Shown: positions 21,226 through 31,950, counted from the first letter of the whole stretch. The stretch is DNA of 63,292 bases, filler included, from 4 parts of 4 records of this genome joined end to end with filler, not necessarily neighbours in it, one strand, 5' to 3'. Program-made: numbers and translations. Notes: generated by a model not told the origin, from the sequence alone.

Positions 21226-22059
21226 TTGCAAGAACCGCCTGGCAAACCGCTAAATCTATGGCCCGTCTTTATCGGCGCTGTGGCTGCGTTGGTTGTCGCT
21301 GCGATTGGCTTGTCATCGATTCTCGATAGAGTTGTGGGCAAAGCAGACGGTGAATCTTCGGAGGTTGGCCCTCGACAAACAGCCATTTCCGATGCCGCCA
21401 GCCCCAAGATTCGCTCCTGGCATGTCATTGCCGAGTACCCAAAAGAGATTGCTCAGTTTGAATCCGTTTTCTGGGACGCCGCCGATACCGATACGCTTCG
21501 TGCATGGCTGAAGCAGTCAGACCGGATTGCTGGGGCGGATATCTTGGAAGTAGGCACAGGTACAGGCGTCGTGTCACTGGTGTGTGCTGAACTTGGCAGT
21601 CGGAGCATTGTGGCCACCGACACAAATCCCGCTGCAATCAAGAACGCCAAGTACAACGCCGAAGAAGCTGGGCTGAGCGAGGTCATAGAGGTGCGGTTCT
21701 CAGCGAGCGAAGCGGGGTTCATGCCAGGCCCGTTTGCACCAGTATCCCGTCAGGAGCATTTCGATTTCATTATTTCCAATCCGCCTTGGGAAGACGCTCC
21801 GGTGACGAGTGACGCTTCGATGGCGTACTATGATCCGGCGTTTCGGCTATTGGATGCGTTGCTAGAAGAGTCTGCAGATCACCTCAAACCCGGTGGAGAG
21901 CTCTTGCTTGCCTACGGAGCCAGACAGGCAATTCGGAGGATTCAAGAGCGTGCACCCGAGCATGGCTGGACCGTCGAACTGGTCGATGACCGTGACTTGG
22001 ACACGCTACCGGAAGTATTCTTGCCCGCGATGCTGTTGCGACTGCAGCGGGCACGTTAG
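21226..22059 (+). CDS. Class I SAM-dependent methyltransferase (HemK/PrmC-like NPPW type) with N-terminal TM anchor
   Basis: EVGTGTG motif I and IISNPPW motif IV; hydrophobic helix WPVFIGAVAALVVAAIGL. Start uncertain (TTG 21226, GTG 21217 or TTG 21139). Confidence 0.8.
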   Translation: MQEPPGKPLNLWPVFIGAVAALVVAAIGLSSILDRVVGKADGESSEVGPRQTAISDAASPKIRSWHVIAEYPKEIAQFESVFWDAADTDTLRAWLKQSDRIAGADILEVGTGTGVVSLVCAELGSRSIVATDTNPAAIKNAKYNAEEAGLSEVIEVRFSASEAGFMPGPFAPVSRQEHFDFIISNPPWEDAPVTSDASMAYYDPAFRLLDALLEESADHLKPGGELLLAYGARQAIRRIQERAPEHGWTVELVDDRDLDTLPEVFLPAMLLRLQRAR

Positions 22060-22065
22060 CTTCGA

Positions 22066-22983
22066 CTAGTCTTCGTCCAGGATCATCAGTTCGACTTTGC
22101 GGAAATCACAGGGGTGACTCTCGGATTGCAACGAGATGTATCCGGAGGTCAAGTCGACGGTGCCCGCTTTCTCGATAAGCATCTTGGCGTGTGCGTCGGC
22201 TGGGTCAAGCTGAGGCTTGTCGTACGCCAAGACGACCTCTCCATCGACGATGTGCTTGACCGCCCCGCCACCGCGCACCTCAACCTCGACGGTGACCCAC
22301 TGCTCGCCATGGTAGGTCTTGGACTTACTGCTGGTGCAGTGTCGGCGGATGAGCTTGCCATCCATGACGACATTCGTACCGGGGGTGCAAAGGTTGGCTG
22401 TTGTCCGCGGGTTCTTGCCGTCACCGCCAAGGATTTGGTACTCAATCGAGACAGGAAAGTCCTGGTCCTTGGTCATCAACTTTGGATCTTCGCAGTGGAG
22501 CATCAAGCCTGAGTTGCGAAATGCCCAACCCGGGCCACCTGCACACTGCTTACCGACGAAGCGATATTCGACTCGCAGTCGATAGTGCGAATACGGCGTC
22601 TTGTAGAAAATGTGCCCGAACGTTTCATTGAACTTGGGATAAGCTTCTTTGTCGTAGCGGACTTGCATGAGTCCGTCGGCGACACGAAACGTATCCCCGT
22701 AGTTCTCGCCAAGTTTGTGGTAACGAATCTTGGGAGTCCAACCGTCTAGGTTCTCGCCGTTGAAGAGCTGGATCCATTCACCAGTTTTCGTGTCAGCGTC
22801 TGCTTCGGGCGTTTGGGCTTCGATGGCGACCGGAGTTTGAGCCACCGCCAAAGACATGCCACTCAGAACCAAAACCGCTGCCACGAGGGAGGCTCCTGAG
22901 CGTTTGAGCTGCCCGGCCCGCGAAAAAGGTCGTGCGTGAAGAAGATCCTGGGTAAGGATTCGAATATTGAGATGTCTCATCAT
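22066..22983 (-). CDS. DUF1080 / 3-keto-disaccharide hydrolase family protein
   Basis: WIQLFNGENLDGW, RVEYRF, NSG and GYISLQSESHP..FRKV motifs. Confidence 0.92.
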   Translation of the reverse strand: MMRHLNIRILTQDLLHARPFSRAGQLKRSGASLVAAVLVLSGMSLAVAQTPVAIEAQTPEADADTKTGEWIQLFNGENLDGWTPKIRYHKLGENYGDTFRVADGLMQVRYDKEAYPKFNETFGHIFYKTPYSHYRLRVEYRFVGKQCAGGPGWAFRNSGLMLHCEDPKLMTKDQDFPVSIEYQILGGDGKNPRTTANLCTPGTNVVMDGKLIRRHCTSSKSKTYHGEQWVTVEVEVRGGGAVKHIVDGEVVLAYDKPQLDPADAHAKMLIEKAGTVDLTSGYISLQSESHPCDFRKVELMILDED

Positions 22984-23575
22984 TGGTAGCCGCTGAGAGA
23001 GAGTGGTAGTCGGTGGAGCGCGGATATGCTGTAGCTAGCATTTCCTGTTCGGAGTCTGGAAATTGTACGGACTGCCGGGGTTGTTGAGCAAGCTGGGGCG
23101 TATTCAGAGCGGGGAAGTATTCGAAGCAGAATTTTGCCTCACGGAGAGATTCAGCGAGATAGTGTTCCCGCTTCCGCTCTCCACCGCGTTATATGCTGCT
23201 CCTGCAAAGTGGTTGTTCGCCGCAGCGTGGCGTTGCAGTTCACCGATAGCCGTGACGACTGTGGTGGCTCTAAGTGCCGATTGAGTAGTGCTTTACGTCG
23301 CGTAAGGTGTGCTGCGTGAGTACTTGTGGCGAATCCCTGCGGTGATGTTTGGGGCCTGCGTTCGCAGCCGAATGTACGGCAGGCGGCAGGGCTCAACCGA
23401 GCAGTGGTGTCCCGCGTTGACCGCAGACTCGGCAATTAGGTAAAAATAAGCGGTTTGTGCGATTCTTCACGTCTTGAAGTTCGTACTGCCGCTAGGGTCG
23501 CTTGACGACCTGCCCTATAACTAGGGCGACTGGACCAACGGATTTCGATGGTATTTCATTTCAAATGGAATCGTT

Positions 23576-26059
23576 GTGATGACAATTAACCGTATCGGCT
23601 CGACGCTTAGTACTTTTGCATTGCTGCTGTGCTGTGCGCTGATGACAACAGCTCATGCACAAGATGCACCTCCGGGAGTGGGAGGCGGTCAAGAAGCTGC
23701 GTCGGATTTGCCGCCCGGCTTGGGTGGCGAGCCAACTGCTGCGGAAGACTTTGGTGCCACTTTTGGTGGTGAAGCTTTCGGAGAAGGGCTCGGTGCTGGC
23801 GGTTTCGGCGGCCTCGGGCTTCCAAGCGTCGGTCCAAAGCTGAGCTATGCGGCTACGTTTAAGATCGATGAAAGCGGCAAGAGCGGGAAGTTAACCGTTA
23901 CCGCTGATGTCGCTCCAGGCTTACACACTTACTCGTTGACTCAACCTCCAGGTGGACCGTTACCGACGACGATCGAGGTAGCGGATTCCACGATCGAGCT
24001 GAGTGGGCCATTCACGGCAGACTTGAAATTCCATGCCACTGAAGACTCGGCGTACCCCGGAGTTGAAATTCAGGAATATGAAGGCGCGGTCAATTGGACG
24101 GCACCATTCAAGACCTCAAAGCCGCTCAATGAACAGTCAACCATCACCGTCGCCGTCGACGGATTGGTGTGCGGCAATGGTACCTGTGAACCCGCTTCAT
24201 CGAAGCTGGATGCCAAATTTGACGGACGCATCGATTCACCCGGGAAAGCCACGAAGCTCCGAGCCGAAAATACCCACGCCGACTGGACCGCAACACTTGA
24301 TCGAACCTCAATCGCGCCTGGCGATATCGCCACGTTGAGCGTAACGGTCACTCCAGACGACCATTACCACGTCTACAAGTTTGTGCCAGGCGATGATGAA
24401 CTCAACTTTAGAACACTGTTCGTTGCAACGGAGAAAAGTGGTCTGAGTTTCGGTGAGCCAACGACGATGGCCGAGCTTGATTTCATCCCGCTTGGCGAAG
24501 AAAAGATCGAGTTCTACAAAGGGCCCGTTACTTGGAAGATTCCGATCCGAGTTCCCAAGTCAGCTCAGCCAGGTGAATATCCGATCGCGATGGATATCGG
24601 TTTCGCAACTTGCGACGACAACAGTTGCGATCCACCGGCTGGATTGAATGTTGCTGGCACTCTGACCGTCGCTGAAAAATCGATCAAGAAGGCGAATCCG
24701 CTTGGACTGAAAGAAGTCACGTTTGCCTCGGTTGCTGGCCAACCTCAGTTGACGAAGTGGATTGATAAAGAGGACAGCTCGCAAGAGAAGGGTGGCGCAG
24801 CTCGAGCCACGTCGCCGCTGACGTTCTTGCAGTTGTTGGCTGCACTTGGTGGCGGATTCATCTTGAATTTCATGCCGTGCGTCTTGCCCGTTATTGGTCT
24901 CAAGGTACTGAGTTTCGTTGACCAAGCAGGCAACGATCATAAACGAGTCATCGCACTCAACCTGTCGTTTTCCGCAGGCATCATTGCGGTCATGTTAGTC
25001 CTTGCTGCCGTTGCGATCATCGCGCTTCGGGCTGGCACGGCGTTCGGCTGGGGTGAGCAATTTACAAACCTGTGGTTCAAGGTTGCTTTGGCTGGATTGA
25101 TCTTTGCGATGGCGTTGAGCTTCCTGGGCGTTTGGGAAATTCCAATTCCCGGATTCGCGATGTCGAGCACTTCGAACGAAATGATGGAAAAAGAAGGGCT
25201 CACCGGAGCCTTTCTCAAAGGCATTCTGACGACTGTACTCGCAACGCCTTGTTCAGGGCCTTTGCTAGGTTCGCTGTTCGGATTGAGCTTGTCGTTATCG
25301 TCTTCCAACATCTTGTTGCTCTACTTCGTTGTTGGCCTTGGGATGTCCCTTCCCTACTTGCTGCTATGCATCTATCCAGGGTTTGTCGACATGTTGCCCA
25401 AGCCAGGAAACTGGATGGAAACGCTCAAGCAACTGCTTGCCTTCCCGCTTCTGTTTACGGTGATTTACTTTGTAGCGAGCATTAATAACGACTACCGCGT
25501 TGCAACGCTTGTGCTCTTGATTGCGGTATGGTTCGGTTGCTGGATGGTCGGGAAAGTTCCTGCCTACGCAAACGCCGATCGAAAGCTAGTTGCATGGGCA
25601 TCAGCGGGTATTGCTATCGCTCTGGGGGCAGTGGTTAGTTTTAATTACTTTGGGCCAGTTGATCACAAGCTGCCATGGGTGCCCTACAACGAGCCGCAAC
25701 TTGCACAGCTCCGTCGAGAGGGCAAAACGGTCATGGTCGATTTCACGGCAAATTGGTGCGTCAATTGCCAGATCAACATGCGTTTTGCAATCGACAAACA
25801 AGGGGTAGCCGACGTCGTTGATGAGAATGAAGTCGTAACCATGGTCGCCGATTGGACCGACCGGAGTGATGCCATCAGGAATAAGCTGAACGAGTTGGGG
25901 GCAAATGCAATTCCGCTGCTCGTGGTTTATCCGCCCGATCCGACGGCTGATCCGATCATTTTGCGGGACATCATTACCGAACGGCAAGTTATCGATGCAT
26001 TGGAGGAAGCTGGGCCGAGCCTTCCTGAGACTCGATTGACGAGTACAACCGTACAGTGA
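23576..26059 (+). CDS. Protein-disulfide reductase DsbD family
   Basis: Signal peptide; two N-terminal domains with Cys pairs (CGNGTC, CDDNSC); TM domain with NFMPCVLP and ATPCSGP; C-terminal thioredoxin WCVNC. Confidence 0.92.
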   Translation: MMTINRIGSTLSTFALLLCCALMTTAHAQDAPPGVGGGQEAASDLPPGLGGEPTAAEDFGATFGGEAFGEGLGAGGFGGLGLPSVGPKLSYAATFKIDESGKSGKLTVTADVAPGLHTYSLTQPPGGPLPTTIEVADSTIELSGPFTADLKFHATEDSAYPGVEIQEYEGAVNWTAPFKTSKPLNEQSTITVAVDGLVCGNGTCEPASSKLDAKFDGRIDSPGKATKLRAENTHADWTATLDRTSIAPGDIATLSVTVTPDDHYHVYKFVPGDDELNFRTLFVATEKSGLSFGEPTTMAELDFIPLGEEKIEFYKGPVTWKIPIRVPKSAQPGEYPIAMDIGFATCDDNSCDPPAGLNVAGTLTVAEKSIKKANPLGLKEVTFASVAGQPQLTKWIDKEDSSQEKGGAARATSPLTFLQLLAALGGGFILNFMPCVLPVIGLKVLSFVDQAGNDHKRVIALNLSFSAGIIAVMLVLAAVAIIALRAGTAFGWGEQFTNLWFKVALAGLIFAMALSFLGVWEIPIPGFAMSSTSNEMMEKEGLTGAFLKGILTTVLATPCSGPLLGSLFGLSLSLSSSNILLLYFVVGLGMSLPYLLLCIYPGFVDMLPKPGNWMETLKQLLAFPLLFTVIYFVASINNDYRVATLVLLIAVWFGCWMVGKVPAYANADRKLVAWASAGIAIALGAVVSFNYFGPVDHKLPWVPYNEPQLAQLRREGKTVMVDFTANWCVNCQINMRFAIDKQGVADVVDENEVVTMVADWTDRSDAIRNKLNELGANAIPLLVVYPPDPTADPIILRDIITERQVIDALEEAGPSLPETRLTSTTVQ

Positions 26060-26529
26060 GGATCCCCTGTGAAACCGTAGCATCTTTTGGTGATTGCTTC
26101 TGACCACCAAACTTCGCCTCCTCGCCATGGGGATCGAAAGGTCCCCCTGGCTCGAGCGACGGCTTTCTTTACCTGGCGAGTTCTATCCAGGCTTCGCCCG
26201 GGGGCCATGAAGTGGCGTGGCGCCTCTTTTGATTGCACCCAAATCTTGGGGCGTGAGCGTGAAATCTGCGTATTGCTAGCGTGCATCGTTCGAAGTTGGA
26301 AAAATGCCTGCGGCAGTGGCGGGAAGAATGCCGAATACACTCTGGAGAGGGAAGGGCACGGTACGCGCGGCGTTGCGAGCTCTTTTCCCGTTGGGGTGGC
26401 GACGATGATTCTGAGACGCTCCATCAATGTAGTTCAACCGCCTTGGCGTGCTGAACAAAGTGGTGCATTGCGGCAAGCTTTCCGGGAGCGTGGCTCTCGA
26501 AGGCGACAGAGAACCTCGGGCGAGCGTAC

Positions 26530-27741
26530 ATGCAAACTGTTTGTTCACTCACTCGACGCCACGCCAAAGACTGGTTTGTCCAGTCGACAGCGTCAAGAAT
26601 GCTAGCGGCAGTCTTGCTAGCTAGCTTTGCCGCACTGCCAGTGGTTCGAGCCCAGGAGACCAACGCTCCTCAGGGCGATTCCTCACGTTCAACTCGTAAT
26701 GCTGCTACGCAAGCATTGCCGCTGAACAAGCTACCGCGTCGGACCCAGAAGACACTTGACGACGTAGTGCGAAACCCGAGCTTCTTTCGCCGGATGCCGA
26801 CCCAGCAAATTGCTTGCGATCCTCAGATGCTGCAGTTCCTTGTTCGTCGGCCTGAAGTGCTGGTGAATATCTGGGAACTGATGGGCATTACCAACGTATC
26901 CGCTCAACGAAGCAGCCCAACGACATTCTTGGCAGATGACGGGGTTGGCACTACGTGCGTTTGCGATCTTGTCTACTCAGACAATCGCGTCCACGTCTAC
27001 TACGGCAGCGGGGACTACGATGGTTCCATGACGCCGCGAAAAGTCAAAGGCCGGTGCGTGTGCGTGCTTCACACGAAGTCGTACAACCAGCGGGACGGTT
27101 CGCAAGTCGTGGCCGGCACGATGGACGTCTTCATCAAGCTTGACAACTTCGGCGCAGATCTGCTCACACGGACTCTGGGGCCATTCGTTGGCAAGACGGC
27201 CGATTACAACTTTGTTGAGACAGCGAAGTTCGTCGCTCAGATTTCGCAGTTATGCATGCGAAGCCCAGCAGCAGCTCAAGGTTTGGCGATGCGACTCGAG
27301 AGCATTGATCCTGCCGTTCGCCGAGAATTTGCTGGCTTGGCCGCACGCATTGCAGCCAATTCGATGCCGCCGGTTCCGGATCCAAACAGCCTTCCTGAGC
27401 AGGACAGTCGGTACGCCCGTTCCCGAGCAACGGTTAATCGAAGCCAGCAATCCATCGGACTGCCGGACCCTGCAAAAAGAGAGGATTCTGCTGCGGCCAG
27501 GCTACCGACAAAACGCGAGCCGTTGTTTACGTCCCGTGGTAGCGGCAATGATTCCTCGGAAGCGTTCGTGCCAGTGGAAACGCCTGCTCCGCAATCCGAC
27601 TCACTTCGCCTGACGGACGGTCAAGGAGAAGCACCTTCGAAACAATTCGTAGGTTCAGCCGATGTCCCGATTGAAAGCATCGGAGGCGCTCCACCACTTG
27701 CCATTCGTCCATTCAAGCCCAACGCCGTCATGCGCCGCTAG
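26530..27741 (+). CDS. Exported hypothetical protein
   Basis: Signal peptide ending in VRA-Q; globular N-terminal half and a low-complexity Pro/Ser tail. Confidence 0.7.
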   Translation: MQTVCSLTRRHAKDWFVQSTASRMLAAVLLASFAALPVVRAQETNAPQGDSSRSTRNAATQALPLNKLPRRTQKTLDDVVRNPSFFRRMPTQQIACDPQMLQFLVRRPEVLVNIWELMGITNVSAQRSSPTTFLADDGVGTTCVCDLVYSDNRVHVYYGSGDYDGSMTPRKVKGRCVCVLHTKSYNQRDGSQVVAGTMDVFIKLDNFGADLLTRTLGPFVGKTADYNFVETAKFVAQISQLCMRSPAAAQGLAMRLESIDPAVRREFAGLAARIAANSMPPVPDPNSLPEQDSRYARSRATVNRSQQSIGLPDPAKREDSAAARLPTKREPLFTSRGSGNDSSEAFVPVETPAPQSDSLRLTDGQGEAPSKQFVGSADVPIESIGGAPPLAIRPFKPNAVMRR

Positions 27742-27780
27742 GCTTTCTTGCGTCGCGGCAGATTCTCTTTCCCGCGATGC

Positions 27781-29292
27781 CTACTTGGCGTCCACCGTCA
27801 CGCCTGGCCAATCGTCGGTGCGAAATGGCGTTAAAGGCAGGTTCTCGACAGTGAACATGTTGCAGACAGGATTGTCTCCCCAAGCATAACGAACCGCGAC
27901 GGGATCCTTAATTTCATCGTTCCAAACCACGATTTTCTTGCCGTCGACCTTTGCGTCTGCCCAGACGAACTTTCGATCTTCGCCAGCAATTGCAAAGCCA
28001 ACGGGTTGCTTCACGTCAAAGGGGCGCCACTGCGAACGCAAACTATCGAAGGACAGGGCAATGCGATTGCCGTCCTTTTCCATCGATGCGTAGGTTGGGC
28101 TCTTGTGTGCGATATCAAATCCATACTGCTGAGCGAGTGCCCAGCGTGCGAGTCGACGCCCGACATCAACTTTGTTTCTCGGGTGAATGTCTTTGCCTTC
28201 ACCAATGTCAATGATAACCGCCTCGCCAGTGTTGTCTAATTTGGACATCGTCATCGTCTGTGCTTCACGCAGCTCAGCCCAAGCACTCTCTTGCGGCTGA
28301 TCTACTTCAGACCGGAAGTCAGCTAGTTGGACCCAGTAGAATGCAAACTCGTCGTCGCCCCACTCTTTACGCCACGAATCAATCATCAGCGGGAAAAGAT
28401 CGCGATACAGGTAGGCTCGTCCAGCGTTTGATTCGCCTTGGTACCAGATAGCGCCTTGAATTCCATAGCCCATGTGACTCTTCAGGACACCGTTGTAGAT
28501 GTTCGACGGTCGCTGGTTGCCATTTACGCTACCACGCAGAGACTTCAGTCGCTTGGTCTCCTTTTCCGACAGGTCTTCTTTCGACTCCAGCGACGCGAGT
28601 TCCGCTGCCAAGTCGTCATACATTTGGATCCGCGAATCAAATTTGCCCGCCGATGAAATGACATCTCGGTTAATCCAAGCTTCGCATGCCGAACCGCCCC
28701 AGGCGTTGTTGATCAACCCCACGGGGACGTCCAACACCTGGTGCAACTGCCTGCCGAAAAAGTATCCGACGGCAGAGAATTGGCCCACTGTGTCCGGGCT
28801 GCAAACCATCCAGTTGTGGCCTTCGTGAGTCCAGACGGGAGACTGCGTTCCGACTCGTGGAAAATTGATCATCCGAATCTGAGGGTAGTCGCTGGAAATG
28901 CGAACCAGGTCGGCATCGTTCGTGTTGCTTACTTTCCAGGCCATATTGGACTGACCAGAACAGATCCAAACCTCGCCGATCAGCACATCTTTGACCGTAA
29001 GCGTCTCATCGCCAGCCGTCACGGTCAGAGCGCGCGGATCGTGGCTGGCGTTCATCGCATCCAGCATCACGTGCCACTGGCCATCGTCGTCGGCAGTCGC
29101 AGTGTGGGATTGATCGCCCAGTTGCACGGTGACGTTCTGTCCGGCATCGGCCTTGCCCCAGACTTTGTTCTGCTGTTTTTGTTGCAGCACCATATGATCG
29201 GAGAAGACGTTCGGCAGCGAGAGTTCTGCATTCGCGGCAGCCTGGCTGAGAATTGCAATCACGATTGCAGCCGAAAAATGAGCAAGCTTCAT
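27781..29292 (-). CDS. Sialate O-acetylesterase family (SGNH)
   Basis: LPNVFSDHMVLQ, GEVWICSGQSNM, WYQGESNA, DIHPRNK and VRYAW motifs. Confidence 0.94.
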   Translation of the reverse strand: MKLAHFSAAIVIAILSQAAANAELSLPNVFSDHMVLQQKQQNKVWGKADAGQNVTVQLGDQSHTATADDDGQWHVMLDAMNASHDPRALTVTAGDETLTVKDVLIGEVWICSGQSNMAWKVSNTNDADLVRISSDYPQIRMINFPRVGTQSPVWTHEGHNWMVCSPDTVGQFSAVGYFFGRQLHQVLDVPVGLINNAWGGSACEAWINRDVISSAGKFDSRIQMYDDLAAELASLESKEDLSEKETKRLKSLRGSVNGNQRPSNIYNGVLKSHMGYGIQGAIWYQGESNAGRAYLYRDLFPLMIDSWRKEWGDDEFAFYWVQLADFRSEVDQPQESAWAELREAQTMTMSKLDNTGEAVIIDIGEGKDIHPRNKVDVGRRLARWALAQQYGFDIAHKSPTYASMEKDGNRIALSFDSLRSQWRPFDVKQPVGFAIAGEDRKFVWADAKVDGKKIVVWNDEIKDPVAVRYAWGDNPVCNMFTVENLPLTPFRTDDWPGVTVDAK

Positions 29293-29437
29293 GGAGGGCT
29301 CCAGTTGGAGGATCAGAGATGGGGGGGACGGAAGGCCAGCGGCAACTTGCGTAAAGCAAGATCACGCCACTTTAAGACCAGTGCAGCGTTGCCGATGACC
29401 GCCATATGATAACGCAAGCTCGCCGGCGATGTGAACC

Positions 29438-29482
29438 GGCGCTCTCCGAGTTGGCGCTCTCCGAGTTGGCACTGTTCGAGCC
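29438..29482. repeat. Short intergenic 15-bp tandem repeat (two exact copies plus one degenerate)
   Basis: GGCGCTCTCCGAGTT x2 followed by GGCACTGTTCGAGCC. Confidence 0.8.
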
Positions 29483-29734
29483 AGTCGCTGAGGACGTCGA
29501 GAAGAATTGCGAGGGTGAATCCTTGAACGGCATTCCGTGTTCAGCAACCAGGGCATCTGTGCGACTGTGACCGACGATGCTACGCTTTGAACCGCGGCAA
29601 CATCAGGGGCAATGCAATGCCGCTTTTACGCTTCGCTACAATCACAGCAGCCAAGCTCATCGTTGGAGCCGTCACGACCACCGGGCCCACGAAAACCACG
29701 CGATATCGATTTCAAATCCACTACTGAGGAATTC

Positions 29735-30352
29735 ATGAACAAGATGCTTATTCCAGTCCTCTTTGCCATTGGCACTGCCATCTTTTGGGGATGTTACGGT
29801 CCAACGATTGGGAACGCCCAATCACCACGAGTGGATGGGAAACCGTTACTGCCGCCTGAGGGGTGGACTCCGTTCAAGCCTTACGTATTTATTGGAATCG
29901 CTTACTTGGTTGTGGCGGTTGCAGGCGGACTTGTCATGATGAAACTCAAGGGCGACAGCTTCGCGTACAGTGGCCCTGCTGGCGCGAGTGGCATCACGCA
30001 CTTTGCCCCGGCTAAATGGGGCTTTCTCGCCGGGATCCTGGGTGCGGCGGGTGCATTGTGTTTGACCACAGCCATGATGACCAGTCGCGGCAATGCACTG
30101 CTGGTTATGCCGGTAGTGTTCGGTGGAGCCGTTTCGGTGACGGCACTCGTCTCAGTGTTGCGACTTCACGAGGGGGACAAGGTCAGCCCGTTGCTGTGGG
30201 TTGGAATGGCCCTCACAGTCATCGGAGTGATCGTCGTCGCGATGAACACGCCTCACGGGCACGCTCCCAAGAAGCCTACCGCAGCGGCTGAATCTCCAGA
30301 CGAAGTGGAAGGTGGTGGCAAATCCGATGGAAGTCAACCTGCCGAACACTGA
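29735..30352 (+). CDS. Multi-pass membrane protein (DMT/EamA-like, about 5 TM)
   Basis: GAGGA RBS before ATG 29735; hydrophobic helices with FWGCYGP and VMPVVFGGA. Confidence 0.75.
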   Translation: MNKMLIPVLFAIGTAIFWGCYGPTIGNAQSPRVDGKPLLPPEGWTPFKPYVFIGIAYLVVAVAGGLVMMKLKGDSFAYSGPAGASGITHFAPAKWGFLAGILGAAGALCLTTAMMTSRGNALLVMPVVFGGAVSVTALVSVLRLHEGDKVSPLLWVGMALTVIGVIVVAMNTPHGHAPKKPTAAAESPDEVEGGGKSDGSQPAEH

Positions 30353-31430
30353 TTTGTACTCAAGAGGAAATCTTGCTACATCCGCCACGACTAAACCCGA
30401 AATAGGCAGAATGCCGATGCTTGCCTTACGTCCGACCATGTTCTTGATGGCAGGAATTTTGTTGGCAGGGTTCTTGCAACTCACGGGCGCGAACTGGACT
30501 TTGGCCCAGGAGCCCACTCAAAGTGCAGCGTCTGCCCCGCCGAGCGAGCAGGGAAAGGAGGCGGCTGCAAAGATCCAACGAGATATGAAGATACAGCGAG
30601 ACATAACGTACGCAATTGTGAAGTCTCCGTCTGTTGAGACCGAATCAGCGGAAGCATCTAAAAAGCTGCAGCTTGATTTGTATCTGCCCGATGTCCCGGA
30701 AGCACAGCGTCCACCGCTGCTCGTCTGGATTCATGGTGGAGGTTGGCGAGGTGGATCACGGAACAAACCACCGGTGCGTCGATTGGTTGATCACGGTTAC
30801 GCCATCGCGAGTATTAGTTATCGATTTACCGACGAAGCGATTTTTCCCGCGCAGATTCACGACTGCAAAGCAGCCATTCGGTTCTTGCGGGCAAACGCGG
30901 CCGAATACGGTTACGACTCAACACGGATCGGTGTCGGCGGAAGTTCGGCGGGCGGCTACCTAGCTTTACTTGTTGGCGCGTCCTGTGGCGTCCAGGAACT
31001 GGAAGGCGACTTGGGGGACTACCCCGAAGTCTCGAGCTGCGTAACGGCCGTAGTGGACTACTTTGGCCCCAGTGATTTTGTGCTACGTGGCAAAACGCAG
31101 CCCGAGATGGCCTACAGCGACCAGGCTGGGAGTTACGCCTTACTCGGCGGAACCAGCGGTAAGATTGCCCCTGAGCTCGAACGTCGCTCGAGCCCCGCGA
31201 GTTACGTTGGTCGCCGCAGCCCACCCTTGCTCGTTTTCCATGGCGAAGAAGATCAGCGAGTTCTGATTGATCAAAGCGAGCACATTGCTGCGCTTTACAA
31301 ATCCAATCAACGAGAAGTCGAATTGGTTCGCGTCCCATCGGCCGGACACGGTGGGCTGAAGTTTTTCATGGATGAAAATTTTCAAAAGCTCACGGACTTC
31401 TTAGATTCGCATCTCGCAAATTCGAAGTAG
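30312..31430 (+). CDS. Alpha/beta hydrolase (HSL-like esterase), exported
   Basis: HGGGW oxyanion motif, GSSAGG nucleophile, HGEEDQRV and GHG. True start is probably downstream of 30312. Confidence 0.92.
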   Translation: MVANPMEVNLPNTDLYSRGNLATSATTKPEIGRMPMLALRPTMFLMAGILLAGFLQLTGANWTLAQEPTQSAASAPPSEQGKEAAAKIQRDMKIQRDITYAIVKSPSVETESAEASKKLQLDLYLPDVPEAQRPPLLVWIHGGGWRGGSRNKPPVRRLVDHGYAIASISYRFTDEAIFPAQIHDCKAAIRFLRANAAEYGYDSTRIGVGGSSAGGYLALLVGASCGVQELEGDLGDYPEVSSCVTAVVDYFGPSDFVLRGKTQPEMAYSDQAGSYALLGGTSGKIAPELERRSSPASYVGRRSPPLLVFHGEEDQRVLIDQSEHIAALYKSNQREVELVRVPSAGHGGLKFFMDENFQKLTDFLDSHLANSK

Positions 31431-31630
31431 CCTCCATCAGCCGTCGCCGTCTCTGCCTGGAGTACCGTAAGGAGTGGAGAGAACCAAGTATCTGCTTTGG
31501 CGACGCATTCTGTTGCACGGTGACTGTCCACTTCTCTGCCCGGGACAACTTGATAAGTGTCGTTCTGTGCGATGACCGGCAGGAGCCGTGACGCGTCGCG
31601 GCTCACCATCTTCCCAGGGGCATGCTTGTC

Positions 31631-31651
31631 ACCTCTCCCTCTGGGAGAGGT
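31631..31651. repeat. REP-like palindrome at the contig end
   Basis: ACCTCTCCC-TCT-GGGAGAGGT is a perfect 9-bp stem 5 nt before the break. Confidence 0.65.
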
Positions 31652-31656
31652 CGGGC

Positions 31657-31756
31657 NNNNNNNNNNNNNNNNNNNNNNNNNNNNNNNNNNNNNNNNNNNN
31701 TTAATTAATTAANNNNNNNNNNNNNNNNNNNNNNNNNNNNNNNNNNNNNNNNNNNN
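31657..31756. other. Artificial contig spacer
   Basis: 44 N + TTAATTAATTAA (stops in all six frames) + 44 N. Confidence 0.99.
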
Positions 31757-31787
31757 TAGCCACAGGCTAACAGCTTATGGGGAAAAC
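31757..31787 (-). repeat. REP-like palindrome, left copy (truncated by contig start)
   Basis: Reverse complement GTTTTCCCCATAAGCTGTTAGCCTGTGGCTA matches 32791-32821 at 29/31 positions. Confidence 0.85.
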
Positions 31788-31950
31788 TATTTTCTATATT
31801 TTCGCACCGTTCAGCACTAATTTACATTCGTTTCTTCTTAGTTCACTTCCGCTAAAGTCATTTGCCTTGATTTTGTCCTCAGATTAACCACTTCAGGCTT
31901 TGTGGTTTTTCAAGCAGCCATTGTCTTTTCAATTTGCGATTCTAAATAGC

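Noticed and set aside
29438-29482. 15-bp tandem repeat as a possible CRISPR or iteron array
   Set aside because: No spacers, only 2-3 units, no cas or rep genes.
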